Counted from the stretch's first letter, positions 27,371 through 45,392 are shown. The stretch is DNA of 64,000 bases from the human T2T-CHM13v2.0 reference genome, Homo sapiens (GCF_009914755.1 NC_060938.1), one strand, 5' to 3'. Made by a program: numbers and translations. Notes: generated by a model not told the origin, from the sequence alone.

Positions 27371-28328
27371 ACATTATGTTAACTTCTTGAAGTTTCCATT
27401 GAGCTATCCATTCAAGTTAACATTCCATTTCAGAATGATAACATTCTGAAGGACACCTTAACTTACATCTTTGGTATTGCCTTTATCAAGATGTGGTATA
27501 AAGACCATCAAAATTTATGATTCTTTTTTGTACTGCTTCATCATGAGGCTTATGCTAGGCTATATACCACACTAAATGTTTGAGATGCATATAAATGATT
27601 GACTAAGCTTTGTATGCTTGATTACTTCAGAAGTTATTCACTCATTTTTTCACATTCTGAACAGATTTTTATTGTATTTGTGTGTGTGCACACGTATCAG
27701 AATTGTACTGATTTCCTTTTTACCCTATCAATCAACAATGTCTTAAATGCCAATCCAAAGCCCAATGTATAACTTTTACTGGAATCTTACCATCAACTTT
27801 CAGAATCAAAAGTTGTCACTAGAGGTTTCTCAATGCCTGTCTACTGCATTTCTAAATTAACAACAAATGCAGATTTGTCTGTGATGGCTCTTTTACTGCT
27901 GCATGCAGCTGGAGAAAAACCAACTGCCAAGGGAACTCAATTTTCTTTATCATCAACTTGACATTTGTTAACAGACGGCTTCTGGATACCATGGTAGTCT
28001 TCTTAATTTGTCTCTTTATATAGGCTGCAAACACCCTTGGTTAATTGCCTGATTATTACGTTTAATTCTTTGTCAACAATATACATCCTTGTTTTGGAAC
28101 ATATCCTAGGAGATAAGTTATGAAAGGCAGGGTTTTGAGGGTAGAACTGCTACCAGCCTCTTGAAACATAAAGTGGCACACCTGAGGGTAAGCAAATATG
28201 CTAAAATATCCCCTGACTTAAAATCCAGTAGGCTTTCTCTGAAGTACATCATGTATCCAGAATACAGTGGATTAGCCTGAGCTAATGTTATACAAAAGAA
28301 TAGTAGAAAAAATGTCAGCAAATAGGTG

Positions 28329-28354
28329 AATAAATAAATAAATAAATAAATAAA
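28329..28354 (+). repeat. (TAAA)n microsatellite
   Basis: Direct reading. Confidence 0.9.
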
Positions 28355-29937
28355 TGGTTAAAACACTCTAAGGCAAAACGTCTTTCCAATTGAACATAAA
28401 CCTAAAGCTAACAGCAACTGAAGTCTATTTTTTTCTCTTTTTTAATATCTAAGTAAGTAGGATTTAAATATGGCACTTGGGAGAGTGAAAATTTCTCCAG
28501 TGTTTCCAAGGGGATGCAAAAATACGCTTAAAATTGATTGACTCTGTCAGCATTCTTTTAAGTGCAAATATACACCTTTCTTTTCTTTGCTTTGGAAATC
28601 CAAAGAAATGAACAAACTTAAAATCTGTATAGATCGAGAGCTCTGATTCAATTAGAAAACAAAATACATAGTATTATATATAGTACTGTGCACATATACA
28701 TACTTTTATATACACAAGATGTAGAATTCAGTGTACAATAAGTGAGTGCATTTATCAATATAAAATCACCTCATGTTGTCAGTCCTAAGAGTAGCATATT
28801 GACCACACAAACATATCAATTAAAACCACTATTAATTTTGATTTTTAATCTTAGTTCTTTATTTTCGTTGCTATGGCTGTCTTGAAAAATAATGTGAAAT
28901 TATAGTCCTATTCTTTCAATAAAATAAATTACTCACGACTGTCCTACATTAAGATTTTTAAATAGATTCAAAAGATGGACTCAGTGGAATCAGAAAACCC
29001 TCAGAATAGTACTTTTGCTGTTATTATAGAAGAAGATCTGAGCTAATATTGCTAGTAATGAATATTCTATTGAAGTTTATGCTGCCACCTATGGGGAATG
29101 AAAATTCTTAGTAATTAATCTAAAATGTAGAAATTACTGTTGCCAATTATGAATGAAAATTGAAACATCTAAGTGAATTTTATTACTATTTGACTGTCAA
29201 AGGAAAACCTATTTGGAGAAAGCTGTAAGTTCTTGTATTGTTCCTTTTAAAACCCAAATGTGATAGGTGCCCATGGAAATTTATCTACATAATCAAAAAG
29301 GGTCATTTCTAAGGGATAACTTAAGTGTCTAAATTGAGTATTTGCAATCAAGTAATTAAAAGTAATATAAACTGAATTAACTGTATTTATTGTGAAAACT
29401 TATGTGAGTTGATTTAATATCTCTGTCCATTTTTTCATATTCTTTTCATTTTTGCCTCTTTTAACATGTACTGTCTTGTTCAAACTGGGGAGTAAATGAA
29501 ACTAGTTTACAAACTAGTTACTGGGTTACAAACCCCCAGTCTATTAATGTAGTAATGTAGTAAAATGAAAGAGAAAAACCTTTGGATTAAGGAAGGTCAT
29601 TGGTTGAAATTCACACTCTGTAATTTGCTATTTATACCACACAAGAAAGTATAATTGAGTCCGAGTTTTCATCAAAAAGTAGAACTTGTACTACCCATTT
29701 TATAGAAATGCTGTAAGAAACATGAGTTTCTTCTAGTGCTGACCAAAATGCCTGACACAAAATGATTATAAAAAAAATTGTATTCTTTTCTTCCAAAATA
29801 CAGTATCTGCTATATCATGAACATCCAGAAAACTGAGTCATAACTCACCTGGTAAGATATAGGGTAAACCAGAGTGTAAGACATCTGGGTGAGTAGGATG
29901 AGAAGTAGGAACGATCTTGTTGAACTGTGTCAGTGAG

Positions 29938-30463
29938 TGCAGCAAACAGACTCAAAGGTGGCCCACCCATGGTTCCCATGCACATCTTTGTGTGATCCCC
30001 TCCCTTTGAGTGTAAAATGGGAGCTATGACTTTCTTCTAATCAATAGAATAGGATAAAGGTGATGAAACGTGATGTTTGTCGTTATGTTATATAATACAC
30101 CCTTTCTGGCTTTGGAGAAGTACACAGCCATTTTGGGAGAACCAGAAGGCAAGGAACCAAGGGACACTTACAGGAGCTGAAGGCAACTTCCAACCAACCT
30201 CCAGCAAGAAGTCAGGCTTTCAGTCATACAATCACAAGGAAATGAATTGTTCCATCAACCTGAGTGCGTCTAGAAGGTGACTCTTCCCTAGTTGACCCAC
30301 CAGATGAGAATCCATCTTTGGTCAATACAGTAATTTCATCTTTACAGCAGACCTAGTTAAGATGTACCTGGTTTCCTGACCCACAGACACTGTAAGATGA
30401 TAAATGTATTCATTTTAACCTTCTAAACTTATGCTACAGATTACCAATAGAAAAGCGAATCTA
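29938..30463 (+). mobile_element. MLT1E-like MaLR solo LTR
   Basis: CAGACTCAAAGGTGGCCC...CCCCTCCCTTTGAGTGT...CAGTCATACAATCACAAGGAAATGAATT...CCTGACCCACAGACACTGTAAGATGATAAATG. Confidence 0.85.
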
Positions 30464-33400
30464 CTGGGTTTTCTTGAATAAGTTAGATTTTTGTTCCTTT
30501 ATTATTCTGTACACCTTTAAAATTGTAAAAATCTAATTTATGAGTCTGAATTTTTGAAAAAAATAAAATTACAAAACTTTACACAATGTAAATGAAATAT
30601 TCCTCCTACTCTACAAACCTATATTATGCTCCCTCAGAGCCAATTGCTATGTTCCATATCATGTTTTCACCCCGGGTGAAATGATTTTCCAAACTCATAA
30701 GTATACACGAAGATTTAAAAGTGATTTAATTTTATGTCTTTTCTAATATTTATAATATACAAAAGTGAAATAGTGATTAATTGGCCCTTAAGTCTGAAGA
30801 GATTTCAGAGCTAATTTAACAAACTGTATTATATTTTGTAACATTAAATCTTACATTTTATGGTCTATCTGTGGAAACTGAAGGAAAAGGAAAGCATGAG
30901 CTCAGCCAATGGAAGACTATTTTTAGTAAATCTAGGTAATTTTGCAATATTGCTACTACCTGGCCATGTAGCTTCACACAAACCACTTTCTCTGTTTAGA
31001 CTCTTAGTTTACACATTGCAGATTTCAAGTTATGTGTTTTTAGGCACCTGTGTGTTATCCTTTGTGTGTGTTTTGCCTTTCACAATGTTGACTAGTAACT
31101 TATAAACCTGACTGATCATAAAATCATACTCCAAGTTTGTTATTATTATTATGATTTGTATTATTAATGCAGATAACTGGTCATCATGCCTAGGTATTCT
31201 TCTTCAGTGAATTTGGGATATGGTTATGGAATTTATATGTCAAGATATTTTCACAGGTACTTCTCACTACCTTGATTGGAAAACAATTTAGATATATGTA
31301 TGTATCTAAATTATAAATATAAACATAAAATATCTAAATTATAAAATATATCTTTCAGTGTTATTTTATCAACATACATTAACATACGTATAACACTGTT
31401 TGAAGGAGAGTGATCTGAAATTCACCATAAGCAACATGACAAGGACAGTAACCACTGCAGCTATGAGCTATATTAAGAGGCAATTACGAAGGAACACAGT
31501 GTAGGAAGTCTTTATTTAATTCTGACCCCCATTTTCCATTTGCCTTGTATTTTATTTGTTCTTGGTCTTGGTATCCTTAACAAAGCACATCTTTTCTTTG
31601 TATCATATTCATAAGTCTTGCTGGTTCACTTGAAATGCCTGGTACTGGGAAGATATGAGAGTTCTTTGGAATTGTTTAGAGTATACAGTCTTCCTTCCTT
31701 GTCTTTGGCTTCTTTTTCCCTTGGTGGATCAAACCTGGGAGCTGACAGCTTCATCTGGTACCCTAATGCAATCAAGTTCTTTAGCAGTATTTTTTGCTCA
31801 AAAGCTGTTTTTTGACTCATACATTGTTAATGTATGTTAATTTTATTTCACAAATACATTCTTCAGGCAAAGTAAGAGTGCCTCCACTTTGTCATTAATA
31901 TGCATTTTTTTGACTGTACATGACCAAGGAATGAAGGAGGGAATGGGCTATTCCATAGTTACAGAAACCGAAGCAATGATAGGAGCATCTCACTTGGAAT
32001 GTAAGAGGCTGTACCTGCCTTTCTCTCATCTTCCTGAACCTAATTCCTTTAGTTAGATAGGTGGCTAGATAGCTAGCTAGATAAATATAATGCAAAAACT
32101 ACAAAATTCTCTTTTAAGTGTAAAACTTTTTGATTTTTTAGTATACTCACAGAGCTGTGTAATTATCACCACGCTAATTTTAGAACATTTTTACAACTCC
32201 AAAATGAAACTCCATATCCATTTGTACTGTCTCCAACTCTCTCCCCCAGCCTCTGGCAACCACTAATATATACACTGTCTCTATAGGTTTACTTATTCGG
32301 TAAATTCCATATAAATGAAATCACACAGTATGTGGTCGTTCATTAATGCCTTATTTCACTTAAGATGTTTTCAAGGTTTATCCATATCGTAGCATATACT
32401 AGCACTTTACTGCTTTTTACGGAAAAATAATACTGCACATCATGGGTATATCACATTTTATTCATCCATTCATTAGTTAATAGGCTTTGGGTTGTTGCCA
32501 TGTGTTTACCATTATAAATAATGTCATGATGACTAGTCATCTGCAAGGTTTTGTATGGACATACGTCTTTATTTTTCTTGAATACATACCCAGGAATGGA
32601 ATTGCTTGTATAAATGGTAACTCCATGTCCGACATTTAGGAGAAATGCCAAACTGTTTTCCAAAGTAGCTGTACTATTTTACATTCACAGAAGCAATGTA
32701 CCAGAATTGTAATTTTTTCACACCCTGTCAAGACTTATTGACTTTTAATAATAACCCTTTTAGTGAGTGAAATTGGTATCACATTGTGGTTTGTATTTGA
32801 AATTATCTAATGACTAATGATATTTAAAATCTTTGCACATGGCCATTGATCATTTGTCTCTCTTTTTTGGAACTTATGGTGATATTTTTCTTTTTTGGAA
32901 AAACATCTATTGGAAATATTTGTCCTTTTTAAGTTGTATTTATTTTTATTGTTAATTTATAAGAGTTCTTTATATAATCTGGATATGATTCTCTTGTCTT
33001 TTCTCATTTTCAGTGGTTCCTTTGAATAAAACAATTTTAATTTTGATGGAATTCAATTTATTTGCCTTTTCTTGCATTACTTGTGCTTTTGATATCATAT
33101 CTAAAAATTCTTTGGCTAATCTCAAATCATAAAAACTTACAGTTAGGGTTTCTTCTCAGAGGTTTATAGTTTTAGCTCTTTCATTGAGGCCTGTGATCCA
33201 TTTGGACTTAATATTTCTTATGATATGAGGTAGAGGGTACAGGCTGATTCTTTGGCATGTTTATGTGCAGGTCTCCCAGGACAATTTATTGAAGAGATTA
33301 TGCTCTCATGATTGAATTGTCTCAGAATCCATGTCGAAAGTCAATTGCTCATAAATTGATATTTATGTTAGCCTTTCTATATTTACCACGTGTATGTTCC

Positions 33401-33476
33401 TTTCTATATGTACCAAATTTTCTTGATTACTAGCTTTGTAGTAAGTCTTATAATTGAAAAGTGTGTGTCTTCAAAC

Positions 33477-34344
33477 TGATAGATGCAGGCAAGGGTGAGT
33501 ACCTGGTGAAACCCCACCTTCAAGCCAAAAAGTTTGAAACCCTTGGCCCAACGTGAGAACTTCTATCCCTGTTTGCCTGCTCTCTACCAATTAGTTCTTT
33601 CTGAATAATGTCTTTTTATGAATCAAATGTTGCCTTTTCTAAAACTACCTATGGCCTGCCCTGCCCCCCCCATCCTGTGGCTATGAAAGACTGCAGACTC
33701 TGTTGCTAGAAGAGAGAAGCAGCTTGAGTGGAGAGAGGTGACTTGACTTCACAGGTATGGCTTGACTTTAGAGGAGAGAGGGCTTAACTTCGGAGAAGAG
33801 CTGCCTGGAGAGAGCCGAACTGCAGGAAAGATTACCTGCCCATCCCATCTCCTCTCCAGCTCCTCTCTTCCCTGAAAGCCATTCCCACCACTAAATAAAT
33901 CATCCTCCTCCACCATCTTTCAAGTGTCCACACAACCTCATTCCTTTTGGATGCTGGACAAGAGCTCAGGACCTACCAAGTGCAGGTACTCAAAAAAGTC
34001 TGCTGTCACATTAGCCCTTTATCCTTGCTGGTAGAGGGCAGCTGCCCCATGTGATGAGGCAAGGGGCCCACTAAGCTGATAACACACTACGGTCCATGGA
34101 CAGTGGAGATAAGAGAGCATTGTAACACAACTTCTGAGGCTGCAGGGGTCATAGGCACCCCCACCTGGGTGCCGCCACAGGGCCCACATGGAGCCTGCTC
34201 CTGCAGGCACCCAAAGCAGCCAGCCAGATCCCGCACTCGCTCGCTGAAGCGCTCCCTCCTGCAAGAGGTTGAGTGCTGCAGGTTGAGTAAACCGAGGACC
34301 CCATTGAAAGACGGATGAAAAGATTGAGAAAAAATCCTGCATCA
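33477..34344 (+). mobile_element. ERV1 (MER52/LTR28-like) solo LTR with 4-bp TSD
   Basis: TGATAG...AAAATCCTGCATCA termini; AAAC at 33473-33476 and 34345-34348; AACCCCACCTTCAAGCCAAAAA motif; AATAAA near 33894. Confidence 0.85.
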
Positions 34345-36241
34345 AAACTTTGTTCTTCTTTATCAAGGTGGTTTTGGCTATACTGGGAACACTTGAATCA
34401 CCATAAAAATTTTAGGTTAAGTTTTTCAATTTCAATTAAAAATGCAACTGAGATTTTGAAAAGGATAGCTTTGAATGTATAGATTAAGTTGGGAAGAATT
34501 GGCCTTATTTATCAATATTGAATTGTTCAATCCATGAAGATGGATTGTAGTTTTTATTTAGATATTCTTGACTTCTTTCTTCAGCATCTTATAGATTTTT
34601 TTTGCCTAGAGATACTGTGCATATTTTGTTAGATGTGAAAGCAATAGAGTTTTGTATGTGGACTTTGTATCCTGGGACCTGCCAATACTCAATAATTAGT
34701 TCCAAGTTATTTGCACATTTATTTGGAATTTTCTGCAAAGAAAATCATATCAACTGCAAATAAAGACTTTTATTTTTTGCTTTTCAATATGCATATTGTT
34801 CATTTCTTTTTATTGTCTATTACCCTAGTTAGGATTTCCAGTACAATATTGAATAGGAATGGTGAAAGAAGAGACCATTATATTGTTGTCAGCTTAGGTG
34901 GACACTGTTCAGTTTTATATTAAGTATGATATTAACTGTAGGTTTGCTGTTGATGTTATAATTAACTTAATATGCTGCTAAATTTGGTTTGCTAGTATTT
35001 TATTGACAATTTTTGAATCTATGCTCACAGGAGAATTGGTGTGTAGCTTTCTTTTCTGTGATGTCTTTGTCTGGTTTTGTTATTAGGATAACATTAGCCT
35101 AAGAGAATGACTTGAGACGTGTTCCTAGTGCTTCTACTATTTGAAAAAAACTATGAGAAAAGTTGATAATAATTCTGCTTTAAATGTTTAGTAGGAGTCA
35201 CCAATGAAGACATCTTGGACTAGGGTTTCTCTCTGGAAAGTTTTTAAATTACAGATTTAACTTCTCGTAGTTTTATTCAGATTTTGTTTTTCTTCTTGAG
35301 AGTGTTTCCGTTGTTCATTCCTTCCTAGGAAACTTTCTATTTGACTTTGTTGGCATATAATTGAACATGGTATTCTTATAATTATTTCCTATTTCTATAA
35401 AGTCAGTAATAGTGGCTTCTCCTTAATTCCTGATTTCAGTAATTTGATTATTTTCTATTTTTTTCTTGGCAAATCTAATAAAAAATTAGTAAACCAACCT
35501 TTGATTCTGCAGATTCCTTTTTTCTATTAATTATTTAATTCACATCTATCATAATCTTTATTATTATCTTCTTTGTCCTTGCTTTGGGTTCACTTTACTC
35601 TTTTTTTTCTCATTTCTTAATGTGGAAAGTTAAATTAATTTGATATCTTTCTTTTAATTTAGATGCATGCATAAATATAAATTTTTCTCTAAGCACTATT
35701 TTTACTGAATTTCTTAAGTTCTGGGATGTTGTTTATTCATCTTCATACATCTCCAACTATTTTGTAATCTCCCTTTTGTTTAACCTATTGGGAATTTGAG
35801 TGCATTGTTTAATCTCCAAATATTGTTTAAATTATCAAATTTGTTTCTTATTCCAATTTGTTGTGGGAATAGAACGCACTTTTTATGATTTCTCCTATGT
35901 TAATTTGTATGATTTCAATCATTTTAAATTTATTAAGATTTGTTTTATGGCCTGATATATGTTTTTTCTTAAAGAATGTTCTTGGTGTACTTCAGAAGAA
36001 TGTGTTGTTCTCTGTTGTTAGGTGGAGGGTTTTAAAGATGTTTGTTGGGTATTCTTGGTTTATAGTGCTGTTGAGTCTTCTATTTCCTTGTCAATCTTCT
36101 GCCTAATAGTCCTATTCATTATTTCAAATGATGTATTGTAGCTTCCAACTATTATTGTAGAATTGTTTATTAACTTCTTCACTTATGTTAGTTTTTGATT
36201 TCTGTATTTTGGGGGATCCATTGCTAAGTCTATATATGCTA

Positions 36242-36609
36242 CTTCTTAGTCCATTTATGCTTCCATAGCAAAATATCTAAAACTGAGTAATTTATAGAGA
36301 ACATGGATTTATTTCTTACAATTGTGGAGGCTATGAAGTCCAGGATCAAGGTGCCAACATTGCTGCCTGATGAGAGCTGCTCTCTGCTTCCAAAATGGTA
36401 CATTGTTGCTACGTCCTCACATGGCTGAGGAAGAAAGGCAAAAGAGCATCCCTGAACATTGAGCTATTTTATAAAGGTAACCTCATCCATGATGTTGGAG
36501 TCCCTATGATTTATTCACCTCCAAAAGGCCACATCTCTTAATACTGTTACATTGAGGTCTAAGTTTCAACATAAATTTTGAAGGGGACACGATTATTTAA
36601 ACCATAGCA
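36242..36609 (-). mobile_element. MST (MSTC/D-like) MaLR solo LTR
   Basis: TCTTAGTCCATTT...GAAGTCCAGGATCAAGGTGCC...GTTTCAACATAAATTTTGAAGGGGACAC...AAACCATAGCA. Confidence 0.85.
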
Positions 36610-36913
36610 GCTTATAATTGTTATGTCTTCCCAATGAATTATTCATTTTTTATTATAAAATGTTATTCTAGTAAAAGTTTTGTCTCAAAGTCTATTGAAC
36701 CTTGTATTAGTCCATTTGCACATTGATGATGAAGACATACTCAAGACTAGGCAATTTACAAAAGGAAGAGGTTTATTGGACTGACAGTTCCACATGGCTG
36801 GGGAGGCCTCACAATCATGGTGGAAGGTGAATGACAAGGAGCAGCAAGTCACGTATTACATGGATGGTGACAGTCAAAGAAAGAGCTTGTGCAGGGAAAC
36901 TCCCCCCCCCCCC

Positions 36914-37258
<345 letters not shown>

Positions 37259-38171
37259 TCATTCACTGTCATGAGAACAACACAGAAAAAACCCACCCCT
37301 CCATAATTCAATAACCTCCCACCTGGTTTCTCCCACAACATATGGGAATTGTGGGAGTTAAAATTAAAGATGAGATTTGGGTGGGGACAGAGCCAACCCA
37401 TATCATTCCTCCCCTGACCCCTCCCAAATCTCATGCCCTCACATTTCAAAACCAATCATGCCTTCCCAACAGTCCCCCGAAGACTTAACTCATTTCAGCG
37501 TTAACTCAAAAGTCCACAGTCCAACCTCTCATCTGAGACAAGGCAAGTCCTTTCTACCTATGAGCCTGTAAAATCAAAAGGAAGTTATTTACTTCCTACT
37601 TACAATGGGGATACACTCATTTCAAATGGGAGAAATTGGCCAAAACACAGGGACTACATGCCCCAGGTAAGTCTGAAATCCAGCAGAGCAGTCAAATATT
37701 AAAGCCCCAAGATGATCTCCTTTGACTCCATATCTTGCATCTGGGTCATGCTGATGCAAGAGGTGGATTCCCATGGTCTTGGGCAGCACCACCCCTGTGG
37801 CTTTGCAGGGTACAGCCTCTCTCCCAGCTGCCTTTACAGGCTGGTGTTCAGTGTCGGCAGTTTTTCCAGGCAAACAGTGCAAGCTGTCAGTGGATCTACC
37901 AATCTGGGGTCTGGAGGATGATGGCTGTCTTCTCACAGCTCCACTAGGTGTGCTCCAGTAAGGATTCTGTATGGGGGCTCTAAGCCCACATTTCCCTCTG
38001 CCCTGCCATAGCAGAGGTTCTCCACGAGGGCCTCGCCCCTGCAGCAAACATCTGCCTGGATATCTAGGCATTTCCATACATCCTCTGAAATCTACAGGGA
38101 GGTTCCCAAACCTAAATTCTTGACTTCTGTGCACCCACAGTCTCAACACCACATGGAAACTACCAAGGCTT

Positions 38172-41066
<2,895 letters not shown>

Positions 41067-42639
41067 GAAACTACCAAGTCTTGGGGCTTGCATCCTCTGA
41101 AGCCAAAGCTTGATCTTTACCTTGGCACCTTTTAGTCATGGCTGGAGGAGCTAGGATGCAGGGTACCAAGTCCCTAGAATGCAGACAGCACAGAGACCCT
41201 GGGCCTGGCCCACAAAACCATGTTTACCTCCTAGGCCTCTGTGTGTGTGAGGGGAGGGGGTCCATGAAGATCTCTGACATGCCCTTTAGACATTTTCCCT
41301 ATTGTTTTGGGGAACAAAATTTGCTCCTCATTAATTATGCAAATTTCTGCAGCCAGCTTGAATTTTTCCTCAGAAAATGGGATTTTCTTTTCTATCCCAT
41401 TGTCAGGCTGCAAATTTTCTGAATTTTTATGCTCTGCTTCTCTTATAAAACTGAATCCCTTTAACAGGACCCAAGTCACCTCTCAAATGCTTTGCTGCTT
41501 AGAAATTTCTATCAGATACCCAGAATCATCTCTCTCGAGTTCGAAGTTCCACAAATCTCTAGGATGGGACAAAATGCTGCCAGTCTCTTTGCTGAAACAT
41601 AACAAAAGTCATCTTTGCTCCAATCCCCAACAAGTTCCTCATCTTTCATCTGAGACCACTTCAGCCTAGACCTTATTGTTCATATCACTATCAGCATTTT
41701 TGTTAAAGCCATTCAACAGGTCTCTAGGAAGTTCCAAACTTTCCACCATTTTCCTGTCTTCTTCTGAGCCCTCCAAACTATTCCAACCTCTGCTTGTTAC
41801 CCAGTTCCAAACTCGCTTCTTCGTTTTTTGGCATCTTTTCAGCAATGCCCCACTCTACTGGTACCAATTTACTATATTAGCCCCTTTTCACGTTGCTGAT
41901 AAACACATACCCAAGATGGGGCAATTTACAAAAGAAAGAGGTTTATTGGGCTTACCATTCCATGTGGCGTGGGAGGTCTCACAATCATGGTGGAAGGTGA
42001 AAGGCAAGGAGGAGCAAGTCACATTTTAAGTGGATGGCGACAGGCAAAGAGAGAGCTTGTGTAGGGAAACTCCTATTTTTCAAACCATCAGATCTCATGA
42101 GACTCATTTACTAACAGGAGAACAGCGCAGAAAAGACTCACCCCCATGATTCAATGACTTCCCACAGGGATCCTCCCATGACGTGGGAATTGTGGTAGTT
42201 ACAATTCAAGGTGAGATTTGGGTGGGGACGCAGCCAAATCATATTAAACCTGATATTAATATAACCATTCAGCTCTCTTTTGGTTAATGTTTGCATTGTG
42301 TATAGGTTTTCATGCTTTTTCTTTCAATCTCTTTTTATGTTTGATTATAAAGCATGTCTCTTGTAGATAGGAATTGGTACTTTATTTTTTCAAATTTATT
42401 CTGTCAATTTCTGCCTGTGATGGAAGTGCCTAATCCACTTATGCTTAATATTAATTCCCTTGTTGTTTATTTTATTGTACTTTGGTTTATTTCTTAATTG
42501 TTGCCCTGGGGATTATAAGCAGCATATTAACTTTCATCAGTTATGTTTGATTAATGTCAAGTTAGTTTTAATAAAATACAAAAACTGTGGATCTAAATGC
42601 TGGATATAGAATTCTTATTTGTTCATTTAAAAAATTTTA

Positions 42640-42793
42640 AAAAATGTTTGTGGGTATATAGTAGGCATATGTATTTATGGGGTACATGTGATGTTTTGAT
42701 ACGGGCATGCAATGTCAAATAAGCACATTATGAAGAATGGGGCATCCGTCCCCTCAAGTATTTATCCTTTGAGATACAAACAATTCAATTATT
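42640..42793 (-). mobile_element. Short L1MA2-like 3' end fragment inside the L1MB
   Basis: TTTGTGGGTATATAGTAGG...GGCATGCAATG...CCCCTCAAGTATTTATCCTTTG. Confidence 0.8.
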
Positions 42794-45091
42794 GACTGTT
42801 AGTTGAGAGTCTCTTTTTATCCAGTAATTGAATATATCATCCCATTGCCTACTGACTTCCATTACTACTAATGCAAAGTCAGCCCTTAATCTTATTGATG
42901 ATCCCTTATGTGTGATATTTTCTTCTTCTTGATTTCTCTCTGCCTTTGACCCTTGTCAATTTGACTATAATGTGTCTGAGTGTGGATGTCTTTGAGTTTA
43001 TTACTTGGATTCATTGAGCTTCTTAAATGTATAGATTAATGTTCTTTATCAATTTTGGAAAATTTCAGCTATTATTCTGTATAATATTCTTTCTTCCTTT
43101 TTCTCTTTTTTCTCCTTGACTACCATTATGCATAGGTTGGTACATTTGATGGTGTCACACAGTTTTCTGACACTTCCTTAATTATATACATTTCTTTTTT
43201 CTTCCCATTCCTCAGAAATAATTGAGAAATCTCAGTTGACCTATGTTCAAGTTTGTTGTTTCTTTCTCCTGTCAGCTCAGATCAGCTGTTGAGCACTTCT
43301 AGTGAATTTGCATTTAGTAATCTTGCTTTTCAACTAAATAATTTATACTTTGTTCTTTTTATTGTGTCTCTTGATTGGTATTATCTATGTGGTGAGGCAT
43401 AGTTCTCATACTTTCATTTAATTCTTCAGATATGGCTTCCTTTAGTTTTTATTTTTTGAGTATATTTATAATAGCAGAATTAAATATTTGTTTAATAAGT
43501 CCAACATCTGATTTTCCTCAGGGACAGTTTCTATTAACTCCTTTGTTTTTTCTTTCTTGTGTATAGGTAATATTTTTTGTTTCTCTACATTTCTCACATA
43601 TGTGTGTGTGTGTGTGTAAAAACGAACATTTGCAATAATCTAATGTGAAACTTTGGAAAAGAGATTCCTGTTTCTCTCCAGGTTTTGTTGTTGCTGTTTG
43701 TTTGTTTAGTGACTTTCCTGGACTAATTCTTTAAAGTCTATATTTTTTCATTGCCTGTGGCCATTGAAGTCTCTTTTCCAGTTAACTTAGTAGTCAACAA
43801 AGAGTGTACAGAAACTTTCTTAAATTCCTTAAATCAGTAAATCTCACAACCTTTGTAGAAGGTATCTGTGTGTATATTGGGGGGGGGCGGCGACTTTAGC
43901 TCTTCAGGAGTTTACAATTATGCCTTATCCTTCATTTCCCATTTGCGCAGATCCTTGAGGTCAACTAGAGGTGACAGAGCAGGGCACTTTCAGGTGTTTC
44001 TTGGCATAGAAATAAACACAGCATACTTGGGAGCTTATCAAAATCCCACATGTGTGTCTCATTACACTTATTTTCCTTTTAGGTTTGTTGACTACTCTCT
44101 TCTTTGGCCCACCTGGTATGCCTGCCTCAGGCAACTTCAGTGTTAAATAATTTGCGCTGATTGTTTTTCAAAAACACTCTAGAGTAGAGCTGTCTTCACT
44201 GAGCAAGCTGCTAGTCAGGTCAAACAATGAAAAGCCTTGCAAGTGACTCCCTGAGATCTTTCAGGCAGGTCAAATAGTGGCAGTTCTTTGGGAAAGGGGC
44301 TTTATGTAGGCCGCACATCCACTTTGCTTCAACTGTGGCTGTTGAGCTTCTGGGTTTTGAGGCTTTGCCGGTGATGTCAAGAGGAAAATATGATGGGGTA
44401 AGTTAAAACGCCATAAAGTTCACTTTTCTTATTGAGATTTACCATTTTTCTCCCTAAACAAATGTTTTGTGGATTGTTTAGTCTCTTTATTAACTTCCAG
44501 AGTTCTGAAAAAGTTGATTTTGACATTTTTCTAGTGCTTTTATTAATTTTCACCAAGAAGTAATTTTTTTCAGAGCTCTTTAGTCTTTCATTCCAGAGGT
44601 GCTTTTCTTTTCCTAACTCATTTCTAAGGTAAAAAATAATAAGTCTCTCCTTACATGTAGGAATTTGAAATTATTGATTTCAAATTATTTTCAAATAATT
44701 ATTTGAAATTATTGACCCCAAATTGTATTAATAGGAAAGAACTTGGTAGATAATTCAGAGTAAGCCTTAATCACAAAACTGAGCAGCAAAGCAAACCTCT
44801 TCATTTACTAGGCTAGTCCAGGAACACTACCAGTGCTCTGTGACTCACAACTCCACGGAGCAAAGAATACAATAAACATAACTGAGTATTCAAAGTTTAT
44901 ATATGGTAGTTCTGGTTTTGTTGGTATGATTTTTCAGGCCCATCATTTTACTGCTTAAAATATGCACCTTGCTTATTTAAATGAACTGCATATATCTGTA
45001 TTCTATTCTCATTACTAATTAGTTAGATTAGTTCTCAGTATGAATAAACCCCTCCATTAGACTGTATTTTCTTCTAGAGTTGGACCCTCAA

Positions 45092-45392
<301 letters not shown>

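Noticed and set aside
34019-34366. 115-aa and 71-aa ORFs in a GC-richer segment
   Set aside because: Inside the ERV1 solo LTR; explained by local GC content
42147-42157. DUX4 site in the THE1 LTRs
   Set aside because: The consensus TGATTCAATTA is mutated in both LTRs (TGATTCAATGA here, TAATTCAATAA at 37304-37314)
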